IMG/VR virus record: IMGVR_UViG_3300047160_036266
Span: 160,001-224,000 of that record
Length of the DNA: 64,000 nt
Source of the DNA: a virus
Lineage: Duplodnaviria > Caudoviricetes
Direction: 5' to 3' (one strand)
The translations under genes were made by a program, and so were the position numbers. The notes below the pieces were generated by a model. It was not told where the DNA came from. It did not search any database and saw only the letters and a list, made by a program, of their open reading frames with translations. Below, in pieces: positions 36,467-44,957 of the stretch; position 1 is the first letter of the stretch; every line of letters begins with the position of its first letter.

Positions 36467-36658
36467 TTAGATTTTTCCTGAATGCCCACTCAGGGACGGT
36501 CTGGTTTGACTGCCCCCGGTATAACGTCCAGTCCAGTGACTTACTATGGGGGCAACCCTCCCCACAGAAGCAGGTTGGACCGCTGGTGGACTCGCCGCCT
36601 GGACTGTAGCCGGCGGGGTGGAAGTTGCTCCAGATACGGGCTTTTTAGTGTCTGTCAT
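36467..36658 (-). CDS. Small Pro/Thr-rich protein
   Basis: MTDTKKP...; GGAGAG SD lies inside the upstream mini-ORF. Confidence 0.45.
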   Translation of the reverse strand: MTDTKKPVSGATSTPPATVQAASPPAVQPASVGRVAPIVSHWTGRYTGGSQTRPSLSGHSGKI

Positions 36659-36690
36659 TTTGGGTACTCTCCATGTACGGGGTAATCCAT
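36655..36690 (-). CDS. Putative 11-aa leader mini-ORF (MDYPVHGEYPK)
   Basis: TAGATA 6 nt upstream; stop overlaps next ATG (ATGA). Confidence 0.35.
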   Translation of the reverse strand: MDYPVHGEYPK

Positions 36691-36773
36691 CGTCTGTATC
36701 TAGTTGTTTTCTCAAAATATCTTGGCCCGGTTGGGGGCCTCCACCAGTATAGGTACGGCTGGGACGGAAGCGG

Positions 36774-37286
36774 TCAAGATTTTTTCGGACGGCGCACGCT
36801 GATGTTTGGGACTACCGCCCCCTGAACGACCATCATTTTTTGGGGGGCCGGCTTGCGTTTTTGGATGTATTCCGGTGGTTGTGTGTCGGGAAGATTTTCT
36901 GGTTCGTCCGGCACGCTTGCGAATTCTTCAAGGTGACGGCAAATAGTAATGGCGGCAACCCAGCCATTATTGACATATTGCATGGTGACGGGGAAGGGTT
37001 CTTCGTCCAAGTCCGTCAGACAGGCAAAGGCATGACCATACCGCAGGTATGAGTGTAGCTGCATAGTGGCCTCTGCGTTCAGCAGAAGTACACAGTCGTG
37101 AACAACATCCGCAACTGCCTGGGCTGTTGCCTCTATAACCATTGCAGCCTGGCAGTCGAGGTTCACACTGGCGAACGGGTCGAAGGTCGTTTCCCCACCC
37201 ATAGCAATATCGCAGACGTAAGCGACATTGGCAAGTGCTGCCGCTGTGGTTTCTGAGAATATGAGAACTTCTCCGTCAACTTCCAT
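36774..37286 (-). CDS. Hypothetical protein
   Basis: TATATA-CGGT-ATG start just after a terminator. Confidence 0.65.
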   Translation of the reverse strand: MEVDGEVLIFSETTAAALANVAYVCDIAMGGETTFDPFASVNLDCQAAMVIEATAQAVADVVHDCVLLLNAEATMQLHSYLRYGHAFACLTDLDEEPFPVTMQYVNNGWVAAITICRHLEEFASVPDEPENLPDTQPPEYIQKRKPAPQKMMVVQGAVVPNISVRRPKKS

Positions 37287-37306
37287 ACCGTATATACCTT
37301 TGTGCA

Positions 37307-37341
37307 AAATAAAACCCCGGCCTGCAAAGCAAGCCGGGGCT
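37307..37341 (-). terminator. Intrinsic terminator
   Basis: AGCCCCGGCTTGC-TTT-GCAGGCCGGGGTT then TTATTTT. Confidence 0.75.
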
Positions 37342-37370
37342 GGATACATGCCAGGGTTGAACTGACAAGT

Positions 37371-37817
37371 TTACTCCAAAATAATCTCAACACCGCTCAT
37401 CGGGTCTTCTGTAATGAGGACATCGGGTTCAGGCTGGGCCTTACCCTTGCCCTCGTGCAGTGGCGTCTTCTTGACCGGGAGGACATGCTCAACACGGCCT
37501 GCCTCCGTCACGGTGTCGGGTTGATCCAATATGAGTTTCTGTTCCATGTTTGCCTCCCTTTCCGCCTCTGGCGTCTGAATAGTTTCGATCAGCCTCAATT
37601 CGTTCGACCGAACCATGCCGAAATAGTAGCTATCCCCTTGGAAGCGTCCCTTCGGTCCTACCCGCCGCACGCCACTCTTGGTGGGCCTGGGCAGGGTGAG
37701 GTCGGCCTTGTCGTTGGCGTTCTCGAAGATATATACACCCTCGCCGTGCATATTCTTTGCCAACTCCTTTTCCCGGTTCTCTTTGCGTTGCCATTTGTTG
37801 AATCGTTGTCGGGCCAT
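37371..37817 (-). CDS. Hypothetical protein
   Basis: ~149 aa, AAGGTG SD. Confidence 0.7.
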   Translation of the reverse strand: MARQRFNKWQRKENREKELAKNMHGEGVYIFENANDKADLTLPRPTKSGVRRVGPKGRFQGDSYYFGMVRSNELRLIETIQTPEAEREANMEQKLILDQPDTVTEAGRVEHVLPVKKTPLHEGKGKAQPEPDVLITEDPMSGVEIILE

Positions 37818-37944
37818 AATCACCTTATTTTTCGGCTTCCGAATGCTATAATACTACGGGCGGCAGCCGCATTCAAAGCCTGGAAGTCCAGTTCTGTCGC
37901 CCAAATATAGTAGTGTTGCACGGCCCCGTTTTTGGAGACGAAAT

Positions 37945-38268
37945 ATGAAGCCTAAGAAGTGGAGTGAGGTATATCCCCAAGGCACCAAGGAAGGCGACGA
38001 GGAGCAGAAATTCTTCATCGTGTTGGCCCGGCATCCAAAGTGGACCTGGCGAAGCACATCGGCCATCGCCAAAGAGGCCAACCTGACCAAAGAGCGTGTC
38101 GAAGAAATAATCGCCAAGTATTTCAAGAAGCACATGGTCTTCCAGAACCCCCAGAACGAAGACCAATGGGCCTATTGGGAACGAGTGCCGGAAATGTTGC
38201 CCAAGGACCAGGGAACCATCACGGAAAAAGATCAGAAGGACAGGATCAAGAAAGCGATCAAGCCGTAA
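37945..38268 (+). CDS. Small HTH-like protein
   Basis: WRSTSAIAKEANLTKERVEEII. Confidence 0.7.
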   Translation: MKPKKWSEVYPQGTKEGDEEQKFFIVLARHPKWTWRSTSAIAKEANLTKERVEEIIAKYFKKHMVFQNPQNEDQWAYWERVPEMLPKDQGTITEKDQKDRIKKAIKP

Positions 38269-38271
38269 AAT

Positions 38272-38297
38272 AAGAAAGCCCCTTTCGGGGCTTTCTT
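38272..38297. terminator. Bidirectional intrinsic terminator
   Basis: AAGAAAGCCCC-TTTC-GGGGCTTTCTT. Confidence 0.9.
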
Positions 38298-38298
38298 G

Positions 38299-38583
38299 TT
38301 ATTCTGTCTCGTATTCCTTGCCCGGCTCCTCACGGGTGCCGCCTTCCGGCCCGATGGCATAGTCGGGCGGCGTCTTGTGATGAACGTGGTGCTTATATTT
38401 GGTGAACGGCGGGCCGGGTGCCATCTTTTGGATGGCATCGGCAGCGCTGGGGATGAACCAGAGATCGGGGTAGTGGGAGCGTATATATCCATCCGGGTAC
38501 GCCCACCAAGCGATGCCGGCACGCTTGGTGCTTTCATCCAACTCCAGGTTGTGCCCTTCGACCCAATGGAAAAACGTATCCAT
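38299..38583 (-). CDS. Small protein, tandem paralog A
   Basis: MDTFFHW...ESTKRAGIAWWAYPDGY; AAGGAG SD. Confidence 0.75.
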   Translation of the reverse strand: MDTFFHWVEGHNLELDESTKRAGIAWWAYPDGYIRSHYPDLWFIPSAADAIQKMAPGPPFTKYKHHVHHKTPPDYAIGPEGGTREEPGKEYETE

Positions 38584-38591
38584 CAATCTCC

Positions 38592-38810
38592 TTACGGGGC
38601 TTCGTCAGAAGGTGCCTTGCGGCTAGGCTGATGCTTGCCCATCTTCTGTAGGGCGTCGGCAGCGTGGGGCATGAAATAACCGTCCGGGTACTGCTGGCGA
38701 ACATAGGCATCGGGGTAAGCCCAATGAGCAATACCGGCCCGCTTGGTGTCTTCACTGACTGCGGGGATTTCCAGCTTGTTCTCTTCGGCCCATGCGATAA
38801 ATGTCTTCAT
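38592..38810 (-). CDS. Small protein, tandem paralog B
   Basis: MKTFIAW...EDTKRAGIAHWAYPDAY; GAGG SD. Confidence 0.75.
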   Translation of the reverse strand: MKTFIAWAEENKLEIPAVSEDTKRAGIAHWAYPDAYVRQQYPDGYFMPHAADALQKMGKHQPSRKAPSDEAP

Positions 38811-38879
38811 ATTACCTCTCGTAGTTTTGGCCAAACTATGATTTTATAGTAGTCTGCATCGCGCAGACCTGGAGTAGTT

Positions 38880-39581
38880 ATGCACGCCGCTGGCAAATTT
38901 AACATTCGTCCTGTCAAGATTTTGGCCCTGCCCGAACTCAATAATGGGGAACTATCCGATAAAGTGACCCGCCAGTGCGATTTCTGTCGCAAGGACGTGG
39001 AAGTGACCCTATTCAACCGGGCGCTGCTTGAGGCCCTGTCTGGTGCCAAGAACTTCTACTGTCGCTTCTGCCTTCAGCACGGGCTGCACACCCGCAACAA
39101 CCGCAACGTCTTGATTCTTAGTTTCCGAAGCATCCTGGGCTACTACTATTACGAGTTCTACCTGGGGGCCTCGATCAACCGGCACAGGATGAGCTATTCC
39201 GAGATCGAGGATTATGTACTGACCCACCAGGCGGTGGGCAGCCAAAACCCCATCTTCATCTTCGACCCCGAAACCTTCTACTGGTTCGTAGATTTCAACC
39301 GAGTCGGCGGCGGCGGAAAGAAGGTACGGGTGGAGGAGGTCCACAAAACCGTGCTGAATATCCTGACCTGCTTCAACCTGTGGGACGTGCCCAACATGCA
39401 GATGCACTCGCTTTACGAGAAGTACCGGACGGCGATTGAAGCCTTCTACCAGAAGCGTTTTCGCCCGGAGGGAAAACGCATCCTGTTGCCGTCCCTGGTC
39501 GGCTGTGGACTTCATGAACCCGTGAAGGGGCTGTTTGAAAAGACCAGGGGCTTCTCCAGCAAACAAATGTGCCTAAAATGA
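38880..39581 (+). CDS. Hypothetical protein with Zn-binding motif
   Basis: CDFC...CRFC. Confidence 0.7.
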   Translation: MHAAGKFNIRPVKILALPELNNGELSDKVTRQCDFCRKDVEVTLFNRALLEALSGAKNFYCRFCLQHGLHTRNNRNVLILSFRSILGYYYYEFYLGASINRHRMSYSEIEDYVLTHQAVGSQNPIFIFDPETFYWFVDFNRVGGGGKKVRVEEVHKTVLNILTCFNLWDVPNMQMHSLYEKYRTAIEAFYQKRFRPEGKRILLPSLVGCGLHEPVKGLFEKTRGFSSKQMCLK

Positions 39582-39602
39582 TGGAGTCATCATGAAGTTT
39601 TC

Positions 39603-39631
39603 TTGACTTCACACTAGCTTAGTGATATTGT
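39603..39631 (+). promoter_or_regulatory. sigma70-like promoter (extended -10)
   Basis: TTGACT-N17-TATTGT with TG at the extended -10 position. Confidence 0.6.
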
Positions 39632-39676
39632 GACTGAGTTGCGGTCAAGAGGACATCAAACAAGAAAGGAAAAGTG

Positions 39677-39976
39677 ATGAGCAAATTATCAGTGAAAGTC
39701 GTCCAGCGGAAGTCGGACGGCGAGGAATGGTACGAGGGATCGGTGACGATCCCCGGCCTCAAGGGCAATGTGCGACTCGCCCGCAAGTCGGACGGCAACA
39801 CCAAGTTCGCCACCCGCAGTGCCGTCAATGGCGCTGCCAAGAGCCTCGTGACGACCCTGAACGGGTTTACCGAGGTTGACTTCGGCCAAGACACCACAAA
39901 GGCCAAGAAAGCAGCCAAGAAGACTGCCAAGAAGTCGGCTCCCGCCACGACAGCGACCGCTGCCACGTCAGGCTAA
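39677..39976 (+). CDS. Hypothetical protein with histone-like K/A tail
   Basis: KAKKAAKKTAKKSAPA C-terminus. Confidence 0.7.
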   Translation: MSKLSVKVVQRKSDGEEWYEGSVTIPGLKGNVRLARKSDGNTKFATRSAVNGAAKSLVTTLNGFTEVDFGQDTTKAKKAAKKTAKKSAPATTATAATSG

Positions 39977-40028
39977 GCCGTATTTGACGCTGCAAGGCGT
40001 TGGGCACAGGCAACTAAAGCCGCAGTGG

Positions 40029-40868
40029 TTAGCTGGACCTTGAAGCGGCCTCGCGTTCCTTACGCGAGGCCGCTTCTTTTTCCAACGTGTGTAGCAACCC
40101 CACCAGCTTCAGTTTGTCGTCTTGATAACGCTGTTGTAACGAAAGCGCCATCGACGCCGATTCCGGGCTGATGTCCAGAATGCGTTCCAGGGTTTCCATG
40201 ACGAGGTAATCCATCGCCCAATCTTCAATCAGACAGTTGCCGGCGAGGGTTGAGTGGCCGAGATCACAGTGGACCGCCGCCCCAGGAATGCAGGTGGCAA
40301 TCTTACGCAACTGTTCGCGCAACTCGGTGAACAGCGCTTCGCACGAAGGGGCTTCTTCTTCCGTCCACTTCATCCACGTCTCCCAATCCTGGCGTAAGAC
40401 TTCGGCGGTGGTGGCGAATGTCATCCGGGTGTCCTCCGTGTATCGCCAATGGCTGGCCATCGTCCGCCGCACCTGACTGGTTTCCCCATAGCCATACCCT
40501 GGTCCGTACTTGGCGGGATCGTCGTAGAGGGTGACATATTCTGCCAGTGACAGGCCCTCTGTGATGAGGAGCGGTGCCGCCTCACGATGAATATAATCGT
40601 CCTCCACGAAATATATGTTGCCGTTTAACTCGCAGGCGATCTCCAGGGCACGCCGCATCGACCCGCTGTTGCCGAGGCTGGTGATCTCATATTCCAAGCC
40701 TTGCTCGGACAATAGGGCGTAGGTGCCACCCTCGCAGTTGTCCGCAATTATTTTCAAATTGTCCCTGCCGAATATCTGAAGGTAGTTCTTGAGACACACT
40801 CCCTGAACCACGCCCGGAATGCGGTCTTCGGCCTTGCCTTTATTGCTGATTCGATATATCGCGTTCAT
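40029..40868 (-). CDS. GT-A-type glycosyltransferase-like protein
   Basis: IIADNC, SLGNSGS, IYFVEDDYIH (DxD-like), VTLYDDPAKY. Confidence 0.7.
   Translation of the reverse strand: MNAIYRISNKGKAEDRIPGVVQGVCLKNYLQIFGRDNLKIIADNCEGGTYALLSEQGLEYEITSLGNSGSMRRALEIACELNGNIYFVEDDYIHREAAPLLITEGLSLAEYVTLYDDPAKYGPGYGYGETSQVRRTMASHWRYTEDTRMTFATTAEVLRQDWETWMKWTEEEAPSCEALFTELREQLRKIATCIPGAAVHCDLGHSTLAGNCLIEDWAMDYLVMETLERILDISPESASMALSLQQRYQDDKLKLVGLLHTLEKEAASRKEREAASRSS
40042..40081 (+). terminator. Intrinsic terminator inside the 3' end of the convergent gene
   Basis: Perfect 15-bp stem GAAGCGGCCTCGCGT-TCCTT-ACGCGAGGCCGCTTC then TTTTT. Confidence 0.8.
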
Positions 40869-40980
40869 GCTTCTATTTTAGCGGATGGGCTGCGCGTAAC
40901 AATGAATCTTTTCCATAGTGTCAGTTTGTTCACTATGCAAAAGATTTATTTCTTCCTGGGGCGGCATACATAAATAAGGT

Positions 40981-41139
40981 ATGGAGGCCAAGGAAACGCC
41001 GAAGGAAACACCGAAGGCACCAGAGCCGGAGCAGGGTGGCTGCGGCTGCCGCAAGGCACCGCCGGGGAACCCTCGTGTTATCGTTCAACGGCCCGTGCGT
41101 CCGGTACAGCGTCCTCTCCGCAAGAAGACTTATTTATAA
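40981..41139 (+). CDS. Small 52-aa protein with GCGCRK (not in ORF track)
   Basis: TAAATA-AGGT-ATG; MEAKETPKETPK...GGCGCRK. Confidence 0.55.
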   Translation: MEAKETPKETPKAPEPEQGGCGCRKAPPGNPRVIVQRPVRPVQRPLRKKTYL

Positions 41140-41147
41140 GGGGTAAT

Positions 41148-41366
41148 ATGCCTTGTGGGTGCAAAAAGTTTAACCGCCAGCCTTCGAGGGTCATCACCCC
41201 CGGCTCAAGAGGCACTTTACAGTCGGGACGGACGCCGCCGGCTATTCCGACGCAGTTGCGTTCGACTGGCCCGGTGGTTACGCGCAGCAACAGTGGGATG
41301 ACATTAGAAAGGCGAATGATCGAGAAAAAACGCCGTGATGCAATTCGTGGCGCTTTGGGTCGCTAA
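41148..41366 (+). CDS. Small basic protein with PCGCKK
   Basis: 72 aa, starts 8 nt after the previous stop. Confidence 0.6.
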   Translation: MPCGCKKFNRQPSRVITPGSRGTLQSGRTPPAIPTQLRSTGPVVTRSNSGMTLERRMIEKKRRDAIRGALGR

Positions 41367-41415
41367 ATTTGGCGGACCAGACATATATAACCAAAAGTTT
41401 CAAAGGGAGATATAC

Positions 41416-42423
41416 ATGCTAGGATATTCACAGTGGAAGAAGCTGAACGAGTCGTTCGCTGGCGCGATCCCTCTCGGTGTTTCCAGTCCCAACAGCCTGG
41501 GCGTTCGTGGTGGCATCGAGGGCACTCGCATTGCCCTGGAGGAAGCTCGCAAGAAGTCCAAGAAATATGCCGACGTGGATGTTGAGGACGAAGGCGGCGA
41601 TGACGTAATGAATCCAGACACCGACGAGGACGAAGGTGGCTGCAAGTTCTGCGGCAAGTCCAAGAAGAACGCAGCCAAGAAGTCCGTGAAGCGATCCAAG
41701 AAATACATGGGTGCCGATATGGACCTGGGCGGCGGCGATTTTGAGGACGCCGGCCCGCCCCCACCCCACCACAAGCTGGGCAAGGGCAAGCCCTTTGGCA
41801 AGGGCAAGCACCCCCTCCATCCCGACCATCTCGGCGGTGGCGATGATGATGACCTGGGTGGTCTGGGTGGCGATGATGACGACCTGGGCGGTCTGGGTGG
41901 CGATGATGATATGGGCGGCGACCTGGGCGGCGGCGATGATGATATGGGCGGCGACCTGGGCGGCGGCGATGACGATATGGACATGGGCGGCGACCTGGGT
42001 GGACCTCCCGGACACCCCGACCTCCACCATCCTGGTGGTCCCCTCAACAAGCATTCCGCCATGCACAAGAAGCCTTTCCACCCCGGCAAGGGTGGCGACC
42101 TGGATATGAAGATGGCTGCGGCCATGATGAAGAAGAAAATGGCGAAGCGAATGAGGAAGGAAGCCTTCCTGCACGACGATGACGAATGGCTGGCAAGCGT
42201 GAAGTCGATGTTGACGCCCCAGAATGTGAAGTATGGTGACGGTTGGACCGAATATCAGGAGGAGGCGCTATTGCCGCCCTCCGATCCCAATGCGGCTGTT
42301 ACCGATAGGGAGCCTCAGCCCGGCGAACCCGGCTTTGCGCCGGTCGGACGGGTAGGCCCGCCTCTGGGTGGCAACGCCGTTGACGGGTTCAATGAATGGC
42401 GCAGACAGAATCGCAAGCGGTAA
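41416..42423 (+). CDS. Gly/Asp-repeat, intrinsically disordered protein (possible head core/scaffold)
   Basis: MLGYSQWKKLNE; GGGAG SD; alternating basic and acidic blocks. Confidence 0.75.
   Translation: MLGYSQWKKLNESFAGAIPLGVSSPNSLGVRGGIEGTRIALEEARKKSKKYADVDVEDEGGDDVMNPDTDEDEGGCKFCGKSKKNAAKKSVKRSKKYMGADMDLGGGDFEDAGPPPPHHKLGKGKPFGKGKHPLHPDHLGGGDDDDLGGLGGDDDDLGGLGGDDDMGGDLGGGDDDMGGDLGGGDDDMDMGGDLGGPPGHPDLHHPGGPLNKHSAMHKKPFHPGKGGDLDMKMAAAMMKKKMAKRMRKEAFLHDDDEWLASVKSMLTPQNVKYGDGWTEYQEEALLPPSDPNAAVTDREPQPGEPGFAPVGRVGPPLGGNAVDGFNEWRRQNRKR
41833..42000 (+). repeat. Coding tandem repeat (GGDDDDLGGL / GGDDDMGGDL)
   Basis: 27-33 nt units; exact 33-nt duplicate at 41902-41967. Confidence 0.9.
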
Positions 42424-43309
42424 CGTAAGATCGTATTCCCTCTTTGATACTTACTTTAGGCTCGAACCCCAAGTGGGTTCGAGCCTTTTTCATGTCGCAC
42501 TCAGTATAGCTCTGATAGGTCTTTTCGTAGGGGTTGTCGATCCACAGGGGGCCGCTCAGGTTGTAGGGAGCGTAATACATCGCGTCGGCAATATTGTGGT
42601 ATATGTCAATAAAACTGGTGGCCGTCCCGCCGCCGCAGTTGAAGATGTCGCTCTTGTCATATTCCCAGGCCCGCAAGTTGGCTTCCACGGCATCGTCAAT
42701 ATGGATATAATCTCGACGTTGTTCGCCATATTTGAAAAGCTTTGGCGGGGTGCGATTGCGCATCTGCACGATTATCTGATAAATCATGCTGGCCCGGTGT
42801 CCTTTATGGGACTCGCCCGGCCCGTAGACGTTGCAGTACCGTAGACCCACCATTTGCACGTTATTTTCTTCAGCGAACATCGTGGCCGCTTCTTCGAGAA
42901 TGGCCTTGGATTCTCCGTACCAGTTGAGGGGGCTGAGCAGGGTTTTGTCCTCAACATAGGGCGCTGGTTCGTTTCCATAGACGGCAGTGCTGGAGGCGTA
43001 AATAAACTTTCGGCAGCCAGCCTTGAGGCATTTTTCAAAAAGATATTCCGATGCTTCGACGTTGGCTCGCATCATAGCGTCCCGGTCGGTGCAGAGGGTG
43101 TCGTTGTTGGCAGCCAGGTGGAAGGTCACGTCAATATCATGTATTTGCCGCCAGTCGATACCCAGCAGGCTAGGTTCCAATATTTTGCCAACTCCGACTT
43201 GTTGCTCCGTTTGGTTGCCGGTTATAATTACCTCGTGTCCGAGGGCCAGCAGGCGGCGGGTCAAGTTCGATCCGATAAAGCCGGTGCCGCCCGTTACCAA
43301 TGCTCGCAT
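42389..43309 (-). CDS. NAD-dependent sugar epimerase (ADP-heptose 6-epimerase HldD-like)
   Basis: TGGTGFIGS, YASSTAVYG, YGESK, RYCNVYGPGESHKGHRAS, RRDYIHIDD. Confidence 0.88.
   Translation of the reverse strand: MRALVTGGTGFIGSNLTRRLLALGHEVIITGNQTEQQVGVGKILEPSLLGIDWRQIHDIDVTFHLAANNDTLCTDRDAMMRANVEASEYLFEKCLKAGCRKFIYASSTAVYGNEPAPYVEDKTLLSPLNWYGESKAILEEAATMFAEENNVQMVGLRYCNVYGPGESHKGHRASMIYQIIVQMRNRTPPKLFKYGEQRRDYIHIDDAVEANLRAWEYDKSDIFNCGGGTATSFIDIYHNIADAMYYAPYNLSGPLWIDNPYEKTYQSYTECDMKKARTHLGFEPKVSIKEGIRSYVTACDSVCAIH
42458..42490 (+). terminator. Intrinsic terminator inside the 3' end of the convergent gene
   Basis: AGGCTCGAACCC-CAAGT-GGGTTCGAGCCT then TTTT. Confidence 0.75.
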
Positions 43310-43328
43310 ATTACCTCCTGGTGAGAAT

Positions 43329-43469
43329 ATGAAACTCAAGAATTTCTGGCTTCAGAAAATCCGAGAGAAGTCCCTCCTTAAAATAGTCGAGTGGGCGCAA
43401 AAGAACGGCAAGAAGGTGGAAGACCTTTCCCGTGATGACGTGCGCGAGGCCATCGTTTCGCAGCGCTAA
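43329..43469 (+). CDS. Small 46-aa protein
   Basis: MKLKNFWLQKIRE...; true start lies inside track ORF 43023. Confidence 0.5.
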   Translation: MKLKNFWLQKIREKSLLKIVEWAQKNGKKVEDLSRDDVREAIVSQR

Positions 43470-43649
43470 CGCCACAGCTTATTCGACACGCCCGTGGGCG
43501 ACCAATCGTGGGTGTCGGGGGTTGTATTTCCCGAAGGTCGAAGGTCACGAACCTTATCCAGCCGCCGGCGCTTGTCGGCGGACAGGTCTTTGGTTGCCTT
43601 CTCGGTACGTTCTAACCAGGCTTTGAAGCATAGTTTCACGAGAATATCT

Positions 43650-44384
43650 ATGACAACCCTGGAGTATTTCGACCTGTATACCGACTTCGGACTCCAGGTG
43701 ATACCCCTGTTTCCAGGGAGCAAAATACCCGTTTGGTCGCGTTGGAACCAGGATTGGGACCACGCCCGCTGCCGTTCTTATATTAAGGCCCAACCCGCTT
43801 GCAACATCGGCTTGTTGTTGGGCAAGTACGTCGATGTGGAGGGCGACACCGAGGAGGCCGATGAAGAGATCAAGCGCCTGATAGGCGAGTGTCCGCATCC
43901 GTCCTGGCGAAGTGCTAAATCCACCCACCACCTTTTCTTGAACCCGGACCCACGGCTAACCAGCACCCGTTTCAGCGGCATGGAATTCCGGGCACACAAA
44001 CATCAGTCCGTTATTCCCCCCAGCATCCATGCCCAGGGTGTCAAATACCACTGGCAGAGCTTGCACGTCATTCCTGCCATGCCGCAGGCCCTCTTCAACT
44101 ATTACCTGGCCAGCCGCCGCAAGAAGAAGCGCCACAGCGGGTACATGCTGACCGAGTGCAAGTCCTGTGGCGGCAAGGAGTCGATCCATGTCAAACGCCT
44201 ACTGCTGGAAGTACGGGCTTTCCGTGAACTTGGCCTCTTGTGGCAATGTCATAAATGTCGTAAAGTGGACGTTCGCCCGGCCTGCCGCCGGCTGCGGTCA
44301 CTTCTCCGCACTGTGCCGCCAGTCCTGGTAGCCCAGCCGCCCCGAAAGAAATATGGCGGCTTGCACAACATCCTGGGAGGTTAG
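43650..44384 (+). CDS. Bifunctional primase-polymerase (Prim-Pol) domain with C-terminal Zn ribbon
   Basis: GLQVIPL...KIP, NIGLLLG..VDVEGD, HHLF, SVIPPSIH..G..YHW; CKSC...CHKC. Confidence 0.8.
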   Translation: MTTLEYFDLYTDFGLQVIPLFPGSKIPVWSRWNQDWDHARCRSYIKAQPACNIGLLLGKYVDVEGDTEEADEEIKRLIGECPHPSWRSAKSTHHLFLNPDPRLTSTRFSGMEFRAHKHQSVIPPSIHAQGVKYHWQSLHVIPAMPQALFNYYLASRRKKKRHSGYMLTECKSCGGKESIHVKRLLLEVRAFRELGLLWQCHKCRKVDVRPACRRLRSLLRTVPPVLVAQPPRKKYGGLHNILGG

Positions 44385-44957
44385 GCCGTGGGTAATCGCC
44401 GGGTTGGTGGCTTCAATCGTGGAAACTGAGTAACCCCGCTTGAGCAGTGCCTTTTTCATGGGGAGGTAACGCTCGTGCCAACTGAAACAGGTATCATTCT
44501 CGTTGTGCATCAGGAGGAAGGGCGTGTTGAGAAAGCGCGCCGGTGGGGTTTTGCGTGGTTGGAGAATGGCCCCCGAATGCGCTACTACCCCCGCCAACTC
44601 CTCGTCGCTGCGGAACGCGCACTGAAGTGCCATTACCGCACCAGCCGAGAAACCGACGAGGGCGATCTGGCGACTGTTATAGCCCAAGTGACGCTGTACC
44701 AGTCCGATGTTGCGTAATAAAGCCTTGCGGGCCTTTTTCATTCCGTGGACGGCGTTGGCTTGGTCGCCCACGCCGTTGGGGATTGGATACCATTCGACCT
44801 CTGGTTCCATGCCCACGAGGGCGGTGTTGTTTAATTCAGCGTCCTGGTAGGCACGCATCAAGGCGAGGGCGCTGCCTTCTCGCCCTGGAAACAGGATGAT
44901 GCAGCCCTGCGATCTGCCCTTGCCACAAATGAATGTCCTTATCAATCCAGCCCCCAT
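44298..44957 (-). CDS. Alpha/beta hydrolase (phospholipase/carboxylesterase-like)
   Basis: LVGFSAGA nucleophile elbow, HNEND, TH. Confidence 0.85.
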   Translation of the reverse strand: MGAGLIRTFICGKGRSQGCIILFPGREGSALALMRAYQDAELNNTALVGMEPEVEWYPIPNGVGDQANAVHGMKKARKALLRNIGLVQRHLGYNSRQIALVGFSAGAVMALQCAFRSDEELAGVVAHSGAILQPRKTPPARFLNTPFLLMHNENDTCFSWHERYLPMKKALLKRGYSVSTIEATNPAITHGLTSQDVVQAAIFLSGRLGYQDWRHSAEK

